NCBI GenBank assembly: GCA_964035545.1
Contig: OZ037769.1
Coordinates: forward strand, 1,798,001-1,862,000
Source of the DNA: Bugula neritina
Lineage: Eukaryota; Animalia; Bryozoa
Direction of reading: 5' to 3'
Length of the DNA stretch: 64,000 nucleotides
Position numbers and translations under genes: made by a program. Position 1 is the stretch's first letter, and every line of letters begins with the position of its first letter. Under the pieces are notes generated by a model that saw nothing but the letters and a program-made list of their open reading frames with translations, made no database searches and had not been told where the DNA came from. Of this stretch, positions 26,401 through 41,400 are shown in pieces.

Positions 26401-29322
26401 TCTGTGATGTGATGAATTATGTTTCACGTGAGAGTTCATTGTTCACTCGTGGAGGGAAACATTGCAAAATAATTGAGTTTTTAGTCCGTGTGCATATTTG
26501 ACTTTGAGTGGTGAATGTGTAGCCGGAAAGACTGGCCGACCATTGTTGTGGAATACCTGCTCACACTTATCCTATGGAATTCACTAACTTAATCAACTAC
26601 CTGAGTGATTCAATACTAATTAGTCGTGTTAAGAAAACATATTTTGGTTGTTGAGCCATTTCAAAGGATATTGGTTGTGTTATCCCAGATTGTTGGCATG
26701 TTGTCTTTATAATCAGTGATAGAGTTGTTGTGGTGGGAGGGCTTGGGGACAGTAGTGACCTGAGGCTACATACTATAGTGACCTGAGGTTACATGCTGTA
26801 GTGGCCTGAGGCTGACTACACATGTACTTTCTTTGATAATCAGAGCTGAAAAGCTGCCAAGCTGCCGTTGCTTGTAATCAATGTAGTCAGCCCTAATACG
26901 CTGCACTTGTGGAAAGAGTTCACGGGCTATTCATTATCTCTACTCAGTAATCAACCAATCATTGTTCTTGTTTATAGTGACATCACTCGACTTCCTGGCC
27001 AGGTGCTCGTATTAATTTTGACCACGTTAACTGTAGCCCATGCATTTGAGATGCTAGAAAATATGATTTGATAATGCAGTGTGTAACATTTTCTACTCTG
27101 CTCTATTCTACTCTATACATTCTACTCTTTACTACTCTGCTATACATGTACGTTGTATGAGGCACTACACTATCCACTAGCTATACATATTTAGCTCTTT
27201 TCTCTAGACTGAATAAAACCGTTGAGGGTGGGGGGAGAGGGGTATGTGAAGCACCCCATAACATATTCCTTCTAGTCTTCAGTCTTGGCATTTAACAAAG
27301 GTCACAACCTTCTCCTTTGCTTCCTGAACCGTGCACCTGCTGTTAAACCAAATAAATGTAACATATGATATATTTGTTTATACAAAATAATAGTGTAGGC
27401 ATCTCGCTGTACAGGCAGCATTTCATGAGGCTGCCTATAATACTACATGTTCAATAATTATTGATTAAAATAAATAAAAATACATCAATATTATTTATAA
27501 ATTAATAATTTCACTATATAAGCTACCATGTATGCCTATTATATTACTGACTGTATACTGCACCTGCAGGGCACATGTTAGGAGATGGAAATCATTTCTC
27601 TGGTGTCTTGTGGATTCGTTACCCATCTTCAAATTGATGGGAATTTGTGTTGTGTTTTTCTACTTACTATATAACATGCAGTCTCTACTATCTATACATG
27701 CTGCCTCCACTGTCTATACATGCTGCCTTATGCTGTTGGTTTAACTGTGAAACTGTTCAATCAGCTAAATATTCTTCAATACTGTTGGACATACATTACC
27801 TACATGCAGTATTATACAATACCTGTAGTACTATATTACTTCAATTCCTGGGCCTAAATAATCTGTTTCCTACACGCCATTCACCCCACGTGCCATTAAC
27901 TTCTCTCTATCTTCCGCTGAGTAATTACTACGTGAAGTAAAGTTGTATTTGATGCAAGGGCTACGTATCAGTAGTTGCTTCATGTATCTTGGCATTTAAT
28001 TTGAATGTTAATTTCTCTTTAAATAACACAACAACGTAACAAATTCCTGCCTACCAACATGTAGAGGGGAATATTTACCTGCCAACCAATGTGGGATAGT
28101 TTTACCTGCTAAACACAGCTGTTTTCTATGTGAATGTTTTTCCTCAACCTTGTCTATATAAGTTGTTGGTGCTCTCTCTGACACCCTAACATCCTGCCTT
28201 TTGACACATGTTGACACTTTTACATGTTGATACTTTCACATGTTAACATCTGAAAATGTTGACACCTGAACATGTTGACACACTGATACTTTGACACCCT
28301 AGCAATATAGTGAATTCATTGATTTTAGCTTACTATTTAATTTTTATTTCTTTTTTTTTCAGACCCAACATTCAATAAGGATAGTAAGTTAGAACTGATT
28401 TTCACCCGACCCAGTGCCCACTCACACGGTAAGTTACTCAGGCTATTTCAATGCGTTTTATTCCTGTAAGTATAGTAGAGTTTTATTACAATATCAGAGC
28501 TAAGAGTGGATAATTTATGTATTATTACAAGCTATCAGTTGCTTCATTTTTATGTTGGAGCATTTAATTCTATTTTTACTCATATTGATTAAATGCTGAG
28601 ATTTAAACCTTGAACTGTTGTTAGCTTTAATCTTAACTTCTGACTCAACATTTTAGACCAGGTTCTGCATGCCATGTAAGGGGGGGGGGAGAGTTCTTGA
28701 GTCTTGGCAAACTTTACGATTTTAAAGATTTGCTTTCTGCTATTAAATCTCACTTCGAATTTACTCAAAGTATCATTTTTATCACATAGAATAAAAATGT
28801 AGCTCACACACCCATTAGTGACTAGAGTTGTGTTTCAAAATCAACTCGACTTGAATGCCGCTATGCAATATGAATGCCGAGATGATGGTCTGTTATCTCT
28901 AGAAATCAATGCACTTGAAACAGAACAAATACTCAGCTAATTGTTCATTCAGCCTTCACAGCTACTCCAGCTGCCAGATTTATTCTATCAACTATTGCAA
29001 AGTTAATTTTTAGCCTCATAATCTGCATTGTTGATGAAGTGTTGGGAGTCTCCCAGGGTTACCTGGCAATGTGATTTGTAGATGTTAGAGATAGCTGTCG
29101 GTATTGCCTAGGTACACTCACAGCTTCCTGTGTAGTGTGCTGTGCTGTGCTGTTTGTGACATTATCGTTACATTTTACTTGTAGCTGGCAAAGAGGTTTC
29201 GCCAGAGTCTCCTAGATCTGATTCGCTAGCTAGCTGGAACTCTTACGCTGACTTCAACGCTATCTGTGATGGTAGGTTTACTCTTATTCTATCCCCTCTC
29301 TCTCTCTCTACCCCCCTCTCTC

Positions 29323-29401
<79 letters not shown>

Positions 29402-32400
29402 CCTCTCTCTCCCCCTCTCTCTCCCCCCCTCTCTACCCTCCCTCTCTCTCCCCCTCTCTCTCTCCCATAGAGATGCACCACAATTTCTAACATCCCTGTG
29501 TATTCCCCTAGTTTGCATTATGCTTTCCGTTGTCAGCTACTCAAACCATTTACTCCTTTCACAGTTGTTGCTATTAAGTTAAATATGACATTTCCAATCA
29601 GATTCAAATTGATGTAAAGTGCATACTTTCTATAGGAAATGATAGGATTAAAAGGCGTTTAATCATTCTGTAGCAAATACCTCTATTTCTACTATTATAA
29701 TAACTTACCCTTCAACTTACACTGTAACTTACACCATAACTTACTCTTATAGCTGTATACAATAAGTTTAGCTAAAGATTAGGCCATAGCGCTTGTGTTG
29801 TAATTTCTCAACAGAGTCTGTTATCACTTAGCTAGATGAAGCTACTGCAGTAGCATATCCTAATATAGACATACAATCTAACTTATTGCACCCTGTGCTA
29901 CTATATACTATGTAGTGTATGTTATAGTGTATGTTATAGTGTATCTAGTAATAGTGAAGTCACTGTGGAATAGTGAAGTTACTACAGGATAGTAGTAACA
30001 ATAGTAACATCATTAAGAATGATAATTCTGTTTCAACTCATTTAGTTTCTACTCTTCATGACTTTTACTCATAAACTTAGAATATGTAATTTCAGCAGGT
30101 TTAGGAAGTACGTGGTTCTAATACTCCTTTCAAATTCTCCAAATTTACACTTGCTGCCTGAAAGATTGAATTCAGTGTAAAAAAAATGTTGAAATGTTAA
30201 TATAAATGACTCAGCCAATGAGAAGGAGTGTTTTACGACCAGATTACAGCTGGGGCTGAATACACAATATACTATCTGATTGAAGTAATTACTCATAAGG
30301 GGTGTTAAGCACTAATAGGGGAACTGCTTGATATTCATACCCCAGCTGTAAGGAAATCATCAAGTTTATTTTCATACACTCAAATATTACATAACCAGAA
30401 GCTGCTGCTGCTGTTTAAGAACAGTGCTGCCTTTATTCAATGTTAATTAGATTACGTTGAGGAATTCAGTAGCATTCACCTGTCTACCTACCAGCCTCTA
30501 TTAGCTGATCTAATGATGTTAACTGGATAGTGTTATACTGGTTTTGGTTGGGATGTGCTATTAGCCTTGGTGGGCATTTTTCTTAGCCCAAGGGTAGTTA
30601 TATGGAGTAATAAATATTTCTTGGATTAAGGCTAAGCCCTAAGATTGAACTCAATACATTATTTTCTGGAAAAGTTATATAATAAACGCTATAAATATAG
30701 TAGACAACTTTATAGTAGACAACTCCAAAGTGTTCAGCATGTTTTGTTAATACAGTGTAGAGTTTCAATGGAATGCTGATCCAAGTTAACTCCAGGTCAA
30801 CTCTGTATACTCAAGACGTACTGTAGAGTATTCAAACACAATTATATTACTCCTTTATCTTGTAATATTGGTGAATGACTTTCCAACTGACAAAAGTGAA
30901 TGTGTAAGATTTAATATATAAGCTGATAATATTTATGTTATGAGTCAAATGGCATTAATTTAATCAAATATTTATATTTTTATCTGAATATTCAGAATTT
31001 TTGCTGCATGACAATCAGTTGAGATGATTTCTTTGTTGGCTGCAAAGCATCTGTTTCTGTGGATATGAAAACCTCTGCTAGATTAGATATGGCTTAGTGC
31101 ATACCATCTGCTACTGTATCACTATACTACCCTCCTGTATCACTGTACTACCCTCCTGTATCACTGTACTACCCTCCTGTATCACTCTACTACCCTCCTG
31201 TATCACTGTACTACCCTCCTGTATCACTGTACTACCCTCCTGTATCACTATACTACCCTCCTGTGTCACTATACTACCCTCCTGTATCACTGTACTACCC
31301 TCCTGTATCACTGTACTACCCTCCTGTATCACTATACTACCCTCACCTTGCATGCATTGCCTTCTTGTTAATACATTGAACACAGTAGAGATGATCCTAA
31401 AGGTGTCTTACTATATGCTCTCTACACCAACTTCCATTTTGTTAGCCTAAGTTCTGTGTTACAGATTCCCCATTAGACAGTCCTAGTGGTACGAGAAAGT
31501 CCGTTAGAATTTCGCGATATTTCGAGGAAGGGCCTCTGGAAGACAGTCTATACAACAGGATATCAGACGGAGCGATGCCGGTACAAACTAGCGGCAGCAT
31601 GTACTCTACTCCCTTGCCAGGTGAGAAATGTTACAGATATTCTGTCATTGGAAGTTATTATTTCCTTGACTACAATACACTACACTAGTTGTACTCTACG
31701 ATCTTCCATCTCTTGCAAGTTGAATTATTTCTTCACTGCTGTCCTTACATTGGATCAGTTTAAACTTCCTGTTATTAGAAATGCTTTTGGTTTAAGATAA
31801 TCTATTAAGCTAATAATAGTATGACGGAAGACATTATTTTAAGCAGCATTGCTATTCTAACACATGGTGTGGTAACAACATGCTTTAGGTTCTAACCGTA
31901 GAGTTATCTTCTTACTGTAAAGGGACTACTGTGGGCTATTTATTATAGTGTGGAGTTATCTCTCTCTGGAATAGGGGAAATAACTCTATGGCTTTAACAG
32001 CTTTACCTGTACACAACAACATTTAGGTGCAGTGTCCGAGAAATTTTTGTAGTCCAAGTTCTTTAATTGTCTGTGAATTTTGGTTTGAGGTATGGGTTGA
32101 AAACTTTCCCAAAGCATAACAGATCTAGAAAACAGGCTATTTCTCCATCATTGCACCTGGTTATTGACCCAGTTTGTTTCAAGTTGATTCAATTGAAGTT
32201 AACTCAGTTATTATCGGAAATGATTAGCCAATAGAAAAAAGAAAATTAATCTAAATGTATTGATTTCTTTATAGTATTTATTTTCGACACTCTTGGTCAA
32301 ATATTTATTATATATAAAACTCTTTCAACTAAAAAAACAATCTGGGAACTAAACCACACTTGAAGGTCAAGTGCGCTCTAACCCGCTCTTTCTATTGCTT

Positions 32401-35400
32401 CTCTGCTCACAGGAAATGAGTATGGCATCACGAATGTGTCCTCCAACGGCAGAGTAAACATCACGGTCATCCCGCCCAACAAACTGGGTCGGCAAGTGTC
32501 TCCGGCCGCTTTCCACACTCCGTCGCCCCACGACACCCACAGCAGCTCTTCCTTCTCCTCTCACCAGCTGAGAGCTTACAGCAGTAACTCATCACCTCGC
32601 TCACCGACCTTGACCTCCAGTTTCAACGGTAACCATAGTAACACTGTAAACAATCAGATGACTCACAATGAAAGGACGGTGCAGTCTGCTGTGGCGTACG
32701 ACCCGCCTGCTAACAGAGGCGCACACATGCCACCTGCACCCACCTCACACCACCTGCCAACACAGCACCTGCCAACAGGTGATTGTTAATTAGATTCTGC
32801 GGCACTAGTTGAGGTGCAGGGAACCATGCTGGTTTTTGGTTATGCTTTCATGTAGCTTATTCATGGGTTTCTCTTGTAGTCTCACTCATATGTAGTATCA
32901 CTCACCTGTAGTATCACTCACCTGTAGTCTCACTCACCTGTAGTCTCACTCACCTGTAGTATCACTCACCTGTAGTCAATAGTCTAACTGGGTGAGAAAG
33001 TTATAGTTACAAAATGCTTATAACAGGCCAGCTCTAGCTTGCTGTAGGTGGGCTTTACCCACCTTCAGGTTACTGTAGGTGGGCTTTACCCACCTTTAGC
33101 TTACTGTAGGTGAGCTATGCTCAAATGTACTATGGGCTCTGAATAAACTCGGCCATTAAAATATTTCACAACTTTTTGTCTTGTTATTTTAGTTATTTAT
33201 AACTTGGAGACTGCAAACTGTTTATAATATGAAAGTTGTCTTCTCTTTCATATTTTTCCATCATCAACTGTATTATATTTCTCTTTGTCATCACTAATGT
33301 CCACACATCAACTGTATGAATATTAACTGTTTCTATTTATTTATTCTGTTGTCAGGCCTTGTATATAAATAATTGATACCTGGCTAATAACTCTGTGAAA
33401 TTCATACTCTTGCTCTTTCTCCCTTCTATTAGTCATGCTGCCTTCTCCAGCCAATCACAGCTCTTCTTCTGCTGCCTATCATACACTAATTAACTAGACA
33501 CTTGATAATTGAAGGCCATGTTATTCTGGCTGTTAGTATACGCTACAGCACTAATAAGTTAGGATATAGCGCAGGCAAAAACTAGTATATATAAAGTATA
33601 GCGCAGGCAATAACCTGTTTCTTTGATTAATATAGGGTAGGCTGTAGCTGTTACTTCATATCAATTCATTAACTTTCTCTGTTTCCGATTTCGTTTATGA
33701 TGCTTCGTCATAGTGGACCTGGCTCCACATAGCTTATTCGATAGACTCAGTACCATGTAGTTTTATATCGGCAAAGTTTAGATTATATTTTATACATGCA
33801 AGTTGGAAATATGGCGTCTATACTGAACAGTAAGTGCATTTATTTAATTCCGTATTGAGAAAGAATTGATTTTGTTCAAGTTGAGTTCTGTCGTTGATAT
33901 AAATCAATTGATTGATCTGTGGGTGTTTATTTTTGCTCTCTAAATGTTGATATGTATAAAATTAGTGCTATTAATACAATGCTAATTAGAGTAACCACGA
34001 TTAGAATATAAATATGCTAGTGCTGCCAGTATGTCAATGGAGTTTCATGTGAAGTCATCATTCAAAACCAAGTGTTTTAAAAGCCACTTGAATATTGGTT
34101 TGAAGCCTCTTAGAGTTACAGTTTCTATCCATACTGAGACTAGTATCAGAGTAAATACTGTACTAGACTGCTAGATGCTGAGCAGGAATTAGTGTGGCTG
34201 TTTACATCAGAATTCTTGATAGCAGATCAGTTCTCCCAACAATATCCTTAGTCAAAGTAGATGTAGCTCTTTGTTGGTAATACCTGATCCAGTTTGTTGG
34301 TAGAAGAGTTATAGTAGTACGGTTTCTACTACTCAGACTGGATGTATGTTGACATGTGTTTAGGTATCCCAGAATCCTCTGCTCGTGAAACAGCTGCCTC
34401 CAGTTTTCTTCCTGTCTTCATCTCAACTCTAAATGACATCTTTATTGTTTATTGTCTCTATATTTCACCATTAGCTATAATGAGTATACTCTAATTAGTG
34501 TAATAATCAGTTTATATGCTTACTTTCATTCTACTTGCTGGGTTTCACCCCCCCCCCCCTTCTCTAGTATACAGTCCTGGGTTATGTTATACACTTTGTA
34601 TTAGTAAATCAGGGAGATTTATTCACTTAGAGCTCATGGTAGATAGGCTACTGCGTACAGGAAGGTACGTAGGGTTGTAGCAATTTAGGTGAATTCTACT
34701 GACTTTTGTCTAACATTCAACAGTTTCCATATCAATTTGAATTTTGTGCCCTTAAATTAATATAGCATTGTGTTGATAAAGTGAATGAATACAGTCTTAG
34801 TTTAGAGCTCAAATGTATACATCGTCACAGCCCTACATGTATCGCCACAGCTCTACATGTATCGTCTCAGTGTTAACGGCTCTTGTGTGTCAACTTTAGG
34901 GAAAGAGCAGAACGACCTTGATGAGATTTTACGGGAGTTGCTGGGCGAGGCTCACTCCACCACCGGCACTTCCACTGTCACCAAGACAACGAAGAAAGTG
35001 GTGGACGGGGGAGATGACGCCTACACCAGAGAACGGCAGCAGTACCATAATCCTGACGGCTCCACAACCACCATTGAGAAGAGACGGTACAAGGCGCCCA
35101 ACGTGACGGAGAATGTCACCATCAACAAGGTGGGTCAAGGTGGGGGAGTATCACCATTCATAAGGTGGGTCAAGGTGGGGGAGTATCGCCATTCATAAGG
35201 TGGGTCAAGGTGGGGAAATGTTAACATCAGCAATGTGGAAAGATGTCTCAACTGCTGGTAGGAGTTATGACATCTGTGCTGTTATACAGTAGTCAATACC
35301 ACTCTGGATAATTTATGGTTTTAGAAATACTGCTTACAGTGAATTCTAATCTTTACACAATCACTCTTCATAGGGTTACTTTTTTAAAGTGACTTCACTT

Positions 35401-38400
35401 AGAGTCACTTTAGGTAGAGTTACTTTAGTTAGAGTGACTCTTCCCAGTTACCCCCAGCCAGCCGCTAACACACTTCTCAGAGATCACTTGTTAGTAAACA
35501 GTTGGTTTTGGCACTCATGTTGTTTTCTTCCTCTCTCTGTAACAATAAACACTCTGAGGTGATGTTATCTCATGCTAGTCTACTGATACACTCTACGTAC
35601 CTACACTCTGCATACCTACACTCTACATACCTACACTCTGCTGTCTAGGTATCTAGAGTGTCTAGGATGTTGGTATATGCCCTAAATAAACCACCACCTC
35701 TGTCTATATCTACCGCGTTGTTATGTCACTCACTGTAACTGGTATTGATTCTTACAGCCTATTCATTGCCTATGTTCCATGTTTTATATATCGACATTAG
35801 CCTCAGGTGCTGCTTAAACCCTGGCCCTAGCTGCAGCCTATTGATGTGTTGATATGACTTTATTGTTTTCTACATTTGCTAAGTTCCTGAAACTTTTCTG
35901 TTTCTTAACCATGTTTTTCTTATGGGAATTGAGTTTCGTCACAATACTCCTTAGAAATATGTAAACTATTTACTGTGCTGTGTGTTGCTGGCATCCTATC
36001 TCTATATGTAACTCCAATGAGCTGTTTTCCTTGTCTCCATGGTTCTGATTGGTGGTTATTTTGTTTCCTAGATTCTGAATTATGTTTATTGTGTCTCTAT
36101 GGTTCTGATTGGTGGTTGTTTTGTCTCTCTGGTTCTGATTGGTGGTTGCTTTGTCTCTATGGTTCTGATTGGTGGTTGCTTTGTCTCCATGGTTCTGATT
36201 GGTTATTTTGTAACCTGATTCCAACGATACATAAGCATTACATTATACTGCATTAGGGATAACTCCATGCTGTTTTAGTTAATGGTGCTAAGGCTTATGC
36301 TGTGCAATGCAAACACTTTAGACATCTTGTACGAACACATTGTAGACATCAACTCGTAAAGTTCACACAACGCAACAGAACGGAGCTCCACAGTCTAATG
36401 GGACGGTACCGGACATAGACAGCAGCGGGGTGTCGTGGCTGCAGCAGCAGCAGATGAAGCTGAATCAGCGGCAGCAGTCACGTGACGAGCCGGACATCAC
36501 TCACCGACGCGAAGTTGTCCGCGAATTGAGGACCTCTACTGACAGAACCGACCACTCTGATGGCCAAACCTACTACACACAGAAAGACATCGTTGTGAAC
36601 CAGCAGCCAGTAGCCTACACAGGTTTGTCTGTCTGTCTGTCTGTATGTGTGTCTGTCTGTGTGTCTGTCTGTGTGTGTGTATGTATCTCTGTGTGTCTGT
36701 CTGTGTGTCTGTCTGTGTGTCTGTCTATTTGTCTGTCTGTGTGTATGTATGTATGTAATATATAGTCTAAGCAGTATACAAGTCGTGTTTTCTCTTTACT
36801 ATAAGCTGTACTATTATATTACACTACTCTAGTAACTGTGACCACATAGTTGTCTTCTCCTTCATTGTGTGTTGGTGTGAAGAGATCAATGTGTGTTGGT
36901 GTGAAGAGATCAATGTGTGTTGGTGTGAAGAGATCAATGTGTGTTGGTGTGAAGAGATCAATGTGTGTTGGTGTGAAGAGATCACTGCGTGTTGGTGTGA
37001 AGTTTCCACACCATAGCACCAGCACACTGTGTATGCACCCACCAGCCACTACCACTCTATTATTACATGTTACAGCGTGTAATAAATAGTTAGGATACTG
37101 TATGAAGTCATTCACCTCCAACACATACATTAGTGTAAACTACCTGCAGTGTGTATGCCTGGGCTACTCTTTATAGCTAGTTTATGCTCCTTAATGTTCA
37201 TAGCTGATACCTTATCACTCATTACACCACTTCCTCTGGTTAATATGGCTGACATAGTTGTTATGTAATACACCTGCTTCTTGCTACTCAACTCTATCTC
37301 TTTACCAGTTCTAATCAAACCCGAGGAGGAGAAAAGGCGCCAAGAGGAAATCCGACAGCAGAACGAGACGAACCTCTCCAAGAAGTCTGTAACCAACGTC
37401 TCCCACACCCACCACACCCACTACAACTTCAAGGATGTGGAGGACAGTGCCGGTATGTTATCTCAGCCGCTCTCTGGACGGGCGGTTGGCGCCCCGTCCC
37501 CATCTTTGTGTCACGTGTTTTCCTTATCTGTGTCGGTTTTGTGCACTGCATGGCATAGACTCAGGGTGACCAGCTAGAAGGTCTTCAGCATAACCCTAAT
37601 TCACAACGCCAAGATAACGTACTTTAAGGGTGGGTGTGGCCAGTCTCGAGCTCCTGCTTACATTTAACTGCTGATTGTAGCTGCAGTTTAATGGTACCTT
37701 TACAGCTCTGTAGCAGTAAAGATTGGGGTTGTATATGCTAAATATTACCCAATAGTTTACAGCTGCTGCCGACAATATCTGGTATTTATTCGCTGTAAGT
37801 AAGTAGAGAGAGTATATCCAGTGTTTTCACTCTCCATTACACAAACTGATTAGCAATCTAACTAAATGATAGCAAACCTGCAGGTTCACTAATTGCACAC
37901 TTTACTCCATCCTACTGCAACATTAATTACTCCAATTTGTTTATCAATTCGTGGTCTGCTGAAGATTTGCAGTGGAAATGGACCATCAAGTTGGAGTAAT
38001 TTAGTTAGCATAAGTAATTGATTAACTGATACCCATTGCTGTTGGGTTTGACTTGAGGAATTTACTCTTTACACAACAAATTACTTTTTTGGTTTGTTTC
38101 TATTATATGAAATGTTTGTCAGCTGTAAGGGATTGTGTTAAGGGTGGCAGTAGAGAATTTGCTTGTTATGATGAATATCCTTGTTTTAACTTTTCTAGTT
38201 TATTTAGAACATTAGAACATTACACATTACCTTACATTACTTACACTTACACTACATACACTTACGCTATATAGACTTACATTACACACATTTACACCAC
38301 ATATACTTACGCTATATACACCTATACTACACAAGCCATATACACGGATGAAAGAAACGCTACTATCTGGGTGGGTGAGATATTTAGTTAGTGTAATCAG

Positions 38401-41400
38401 CACCTGGAATCAACGGAGTAACTCAGCTGACTGAGTCAGCACAGCGAGTCAGCTGATTGACTCTCAGATTAGTCCTACTAGTACAATGCTCAGTATGAAT
38501 TGTGTTACACACACAACAATAGATTTTAACTTATTCATTCGTATTCTACCTTGAAGTTAATATTAGGGCTATTATGAAATTGGCTTTTGGGCTATCGGGA
38601 AGTTAGTTTTTGGGCTGAAGTGAAGTTAGTTTTTGGGCTATCGGGAAGTTAGTGTTTGGGCTAGGTTTACTTCTAACTTTTTTCTACAACTTTAACCAGC
38701 TGCTGATGAAACATTTTCTTTGCCACTAAATTTGCGGTGTTAAGTTTTCCTTGACCATTTGCATTGTGAATATTGTGCTATGGCTTTGCTGTGACAGTAC
38801 GTTAACCCTTCACACTAGAAATGTTTTGTTTTCTTAACATGTAGTGAGTTTTTGCTATGCTTGGTTTTCCTGCAGCAAGGAGTGGTGGCTATAGCTTGGA
38901 ATCTTCACAAATGTTACAGACTTTAGAAGGTACGCTCTGGAAATGCTCTAACCAAAAACTGTACCAATCATCAACCATTCTCTAGCTTGCTATATGTTGA
39001 AATTGCTTTGAATTGGAGTTACTTGCCCTTGAATTGTACACCAGTTTGATTGATATAGACATGATATTTGTTTATGTGCAGCAAGTGTGCAGATTTGGAG
39101 TTATTACCTCATCTGTACATTATTTCATTTAAACCTTGGAACTGTCATACATAACAATTGTGGTAGTTAGAGTACTAGTAATAGTACTAGTAGCTGCAGT
39201 AATATTAGTAATCGTGCTAGCAGTAGCTGTACTAGTTGTAATAGTAGTACTAGTAATAGTAATAGTGCTAGTAGTACTAGTAATAGTGCTAATATGTACA
39301 AGTAGTAGTGATATTAGTAGTAGTAGTAATAGTAGTACTAGTATGTACTAATAGTAGTGATAGTAGTAGTAATAGTAGTATGTACTAGTAGTAATAGTAG
39401 TATGTACTAGTAGTAGTAATAGTAGTATGTACTAATAGTAGTGATAGTAGTAGTGATAGTAGTATGTACTAGTAGTAGTAATAGTAAAGTCAGAAGTAAG
39501 ATGGAATCACCAAGTTTCACTCTACTCCGTATATTCATTTAGATCAGAGAAACAAAATCAGAGAGCTGGAAAATGAGCTGCGTAATGTGAAGCTCGGGCT
39601 ACAAGAGGTGAGATTCTTAGCTGTGTTTCTGAAACCTAGAAATTCATTGTTGACTCCCTAGGCTACATTGAGCTCTCTATTTATATTCAATGTAGTATGA
39701 ATACATTCTAGTAGAATGCTGAGATTCGTTGAAAGCAGTATTATTTTATTAATATTGGATTTTTTTCTGAAAGCTTTCAGCTATTGTTATAATAGTTCAA
39801 GTTTTGAGTGTTGGAATAAAGTTTCTTCATTTTAGTATGAATTTATTTTCAACACAAGTGACTTGATATTCTTTTATCTTCTATAATGTTTCTTCTTGAT
39901 GTAAGAGTTAATCAATAACCTACTCGATTACATCGTGATTAATTGGAGAAGTTTATTAGTTTTACTTTCTCATTTGCTGCTGTAATGTTTGAGCTACATT
40001 CTGCCTATTATTTATAAACATTGCAATCTCAAGGGAGGCTTCCTCCAGCATTACATAACGTAATTATGTTTAATCACATGACTAAGAAAAAGCTTACAGT
40101 TTTTTTGTTTCAATGATCAATCGTTAAATGAACTCAGCGTCTGTGACTGGTGATGCAGTTATATCAAAGAGGCAGCGAAACAGTCAGCAGCTATTACTCG
40201 TTGAGCAGTCTACTACACCAGGATTAAATGTTGTGAGACTGCGTAGAACTGTATTTAGGAAGTTGAACTCACTTCAGTCTCTTTTTACAACTGCATTCTG
40301 CTGCATCTGAGCTGATATGATGATTGGACAAACAACAACCTCCTCTAAAGGATGTTATGAAGAACTTGAAGAGGTCATGGCAGAAATGGCCGAACTGCTT
40401 CTCGAAGAACTCATGACTCCTTCTGAACTCGAGGCACGCCTTTGTAGCTGCCTTTGAGTTTTGTTTATTTGTTGTGTTCATTGTGATGCTGTTGGTTTTG
40501 ACCTTTAAACTCCGAGTTTTCTATTGTATTCTGTCAACTTGATGTCGTGAATAGTGCAATAGTTTTGTAGTCTATTAGTTTTTTACTGCAATATTTAATT
40601 GTTGCTGGAATTGTTATGTTTCAGGCAATGAACATTTACTCAGAATGTTAAAATAGAATAAATATGCTTTTTCCTTTCCTCTCTTTTAAAAAAGTAGATG
40701 TACTTTCCTATCTCTCTCACTAAAGTTCTGTTTGCAGAAGAAAGTGGAGACGAAGCCACCCAGACCTCCGAAACAACCCGAGTTGGAAGAGGAAGAACTT
40801 CTTTCTTTCAAACCTGTTGGCATCGCGAACCTGGAGAGTGGTACAGGTGAGTAGTGTGTAGGAGGATGACAGAGTACAGGTGAGTAGTGTGTAGGAGAGT
40901 GGTACAGGTGAGTAGTGTGTGGGAGGATGACAGAGTACAGGTGAGTAGTGTGTGGGAGGATGACAGAGTACAGGTGGGTAGTGTGTGGGAGGATGACAGA
41001 GTACAGGTGAGTAGTGTGTGGGAGAGTGGTACAGGTGAGTAGTGTGTGGGAGGATGACAGAGTACAGGTGAGAAGTGTGTGGGAGGATGACAGAGTACAG
41101 GTGAGTAGTGTGTGGGAGGATGACAGAGTACAGGTGAATAGTGCTGTTGATATCCCAAACTTTATTGCAGGCTGTATGCTTTATGTTTACCTTTTTAACT
41201 TTTATTTCTTTTAACTTTTATTTCTTTGGCCTGAGCTATAACGGTTAGCAGAATATATTAATGTTAATTCCTTTGCCCTTGCATAAGACCGCAGGCTAAG
41301 AAAAACCCCGAATTCTCCCATACTAACCATTGCCCGTTTGTTTATTAACATTTCCACTAAATAGCCTGAGTTTTCTCTACTAGAGTATGTTGTGCAGGTG

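Noticed and set aside
31097-31450. CRISPR-like array or repeat protein (also 36866, 40834, 48657)
   Set aside because: Head-to-tail units with no unique spacers, no cas genes, and a eukaryotic intronic context.
34636-34664. Alternative coding first exon (ATG...ggaag|gtacgt)
   Set aside because: It ends in phase 2 while the next exon (34900) needs phase 1. It could only be non-coding.
41228-41298. Short MITE with tggcctgag...cgcaggcta ends
   Set aside because: The inverted repeat is too short and imperfect to support without a genome-wide search.
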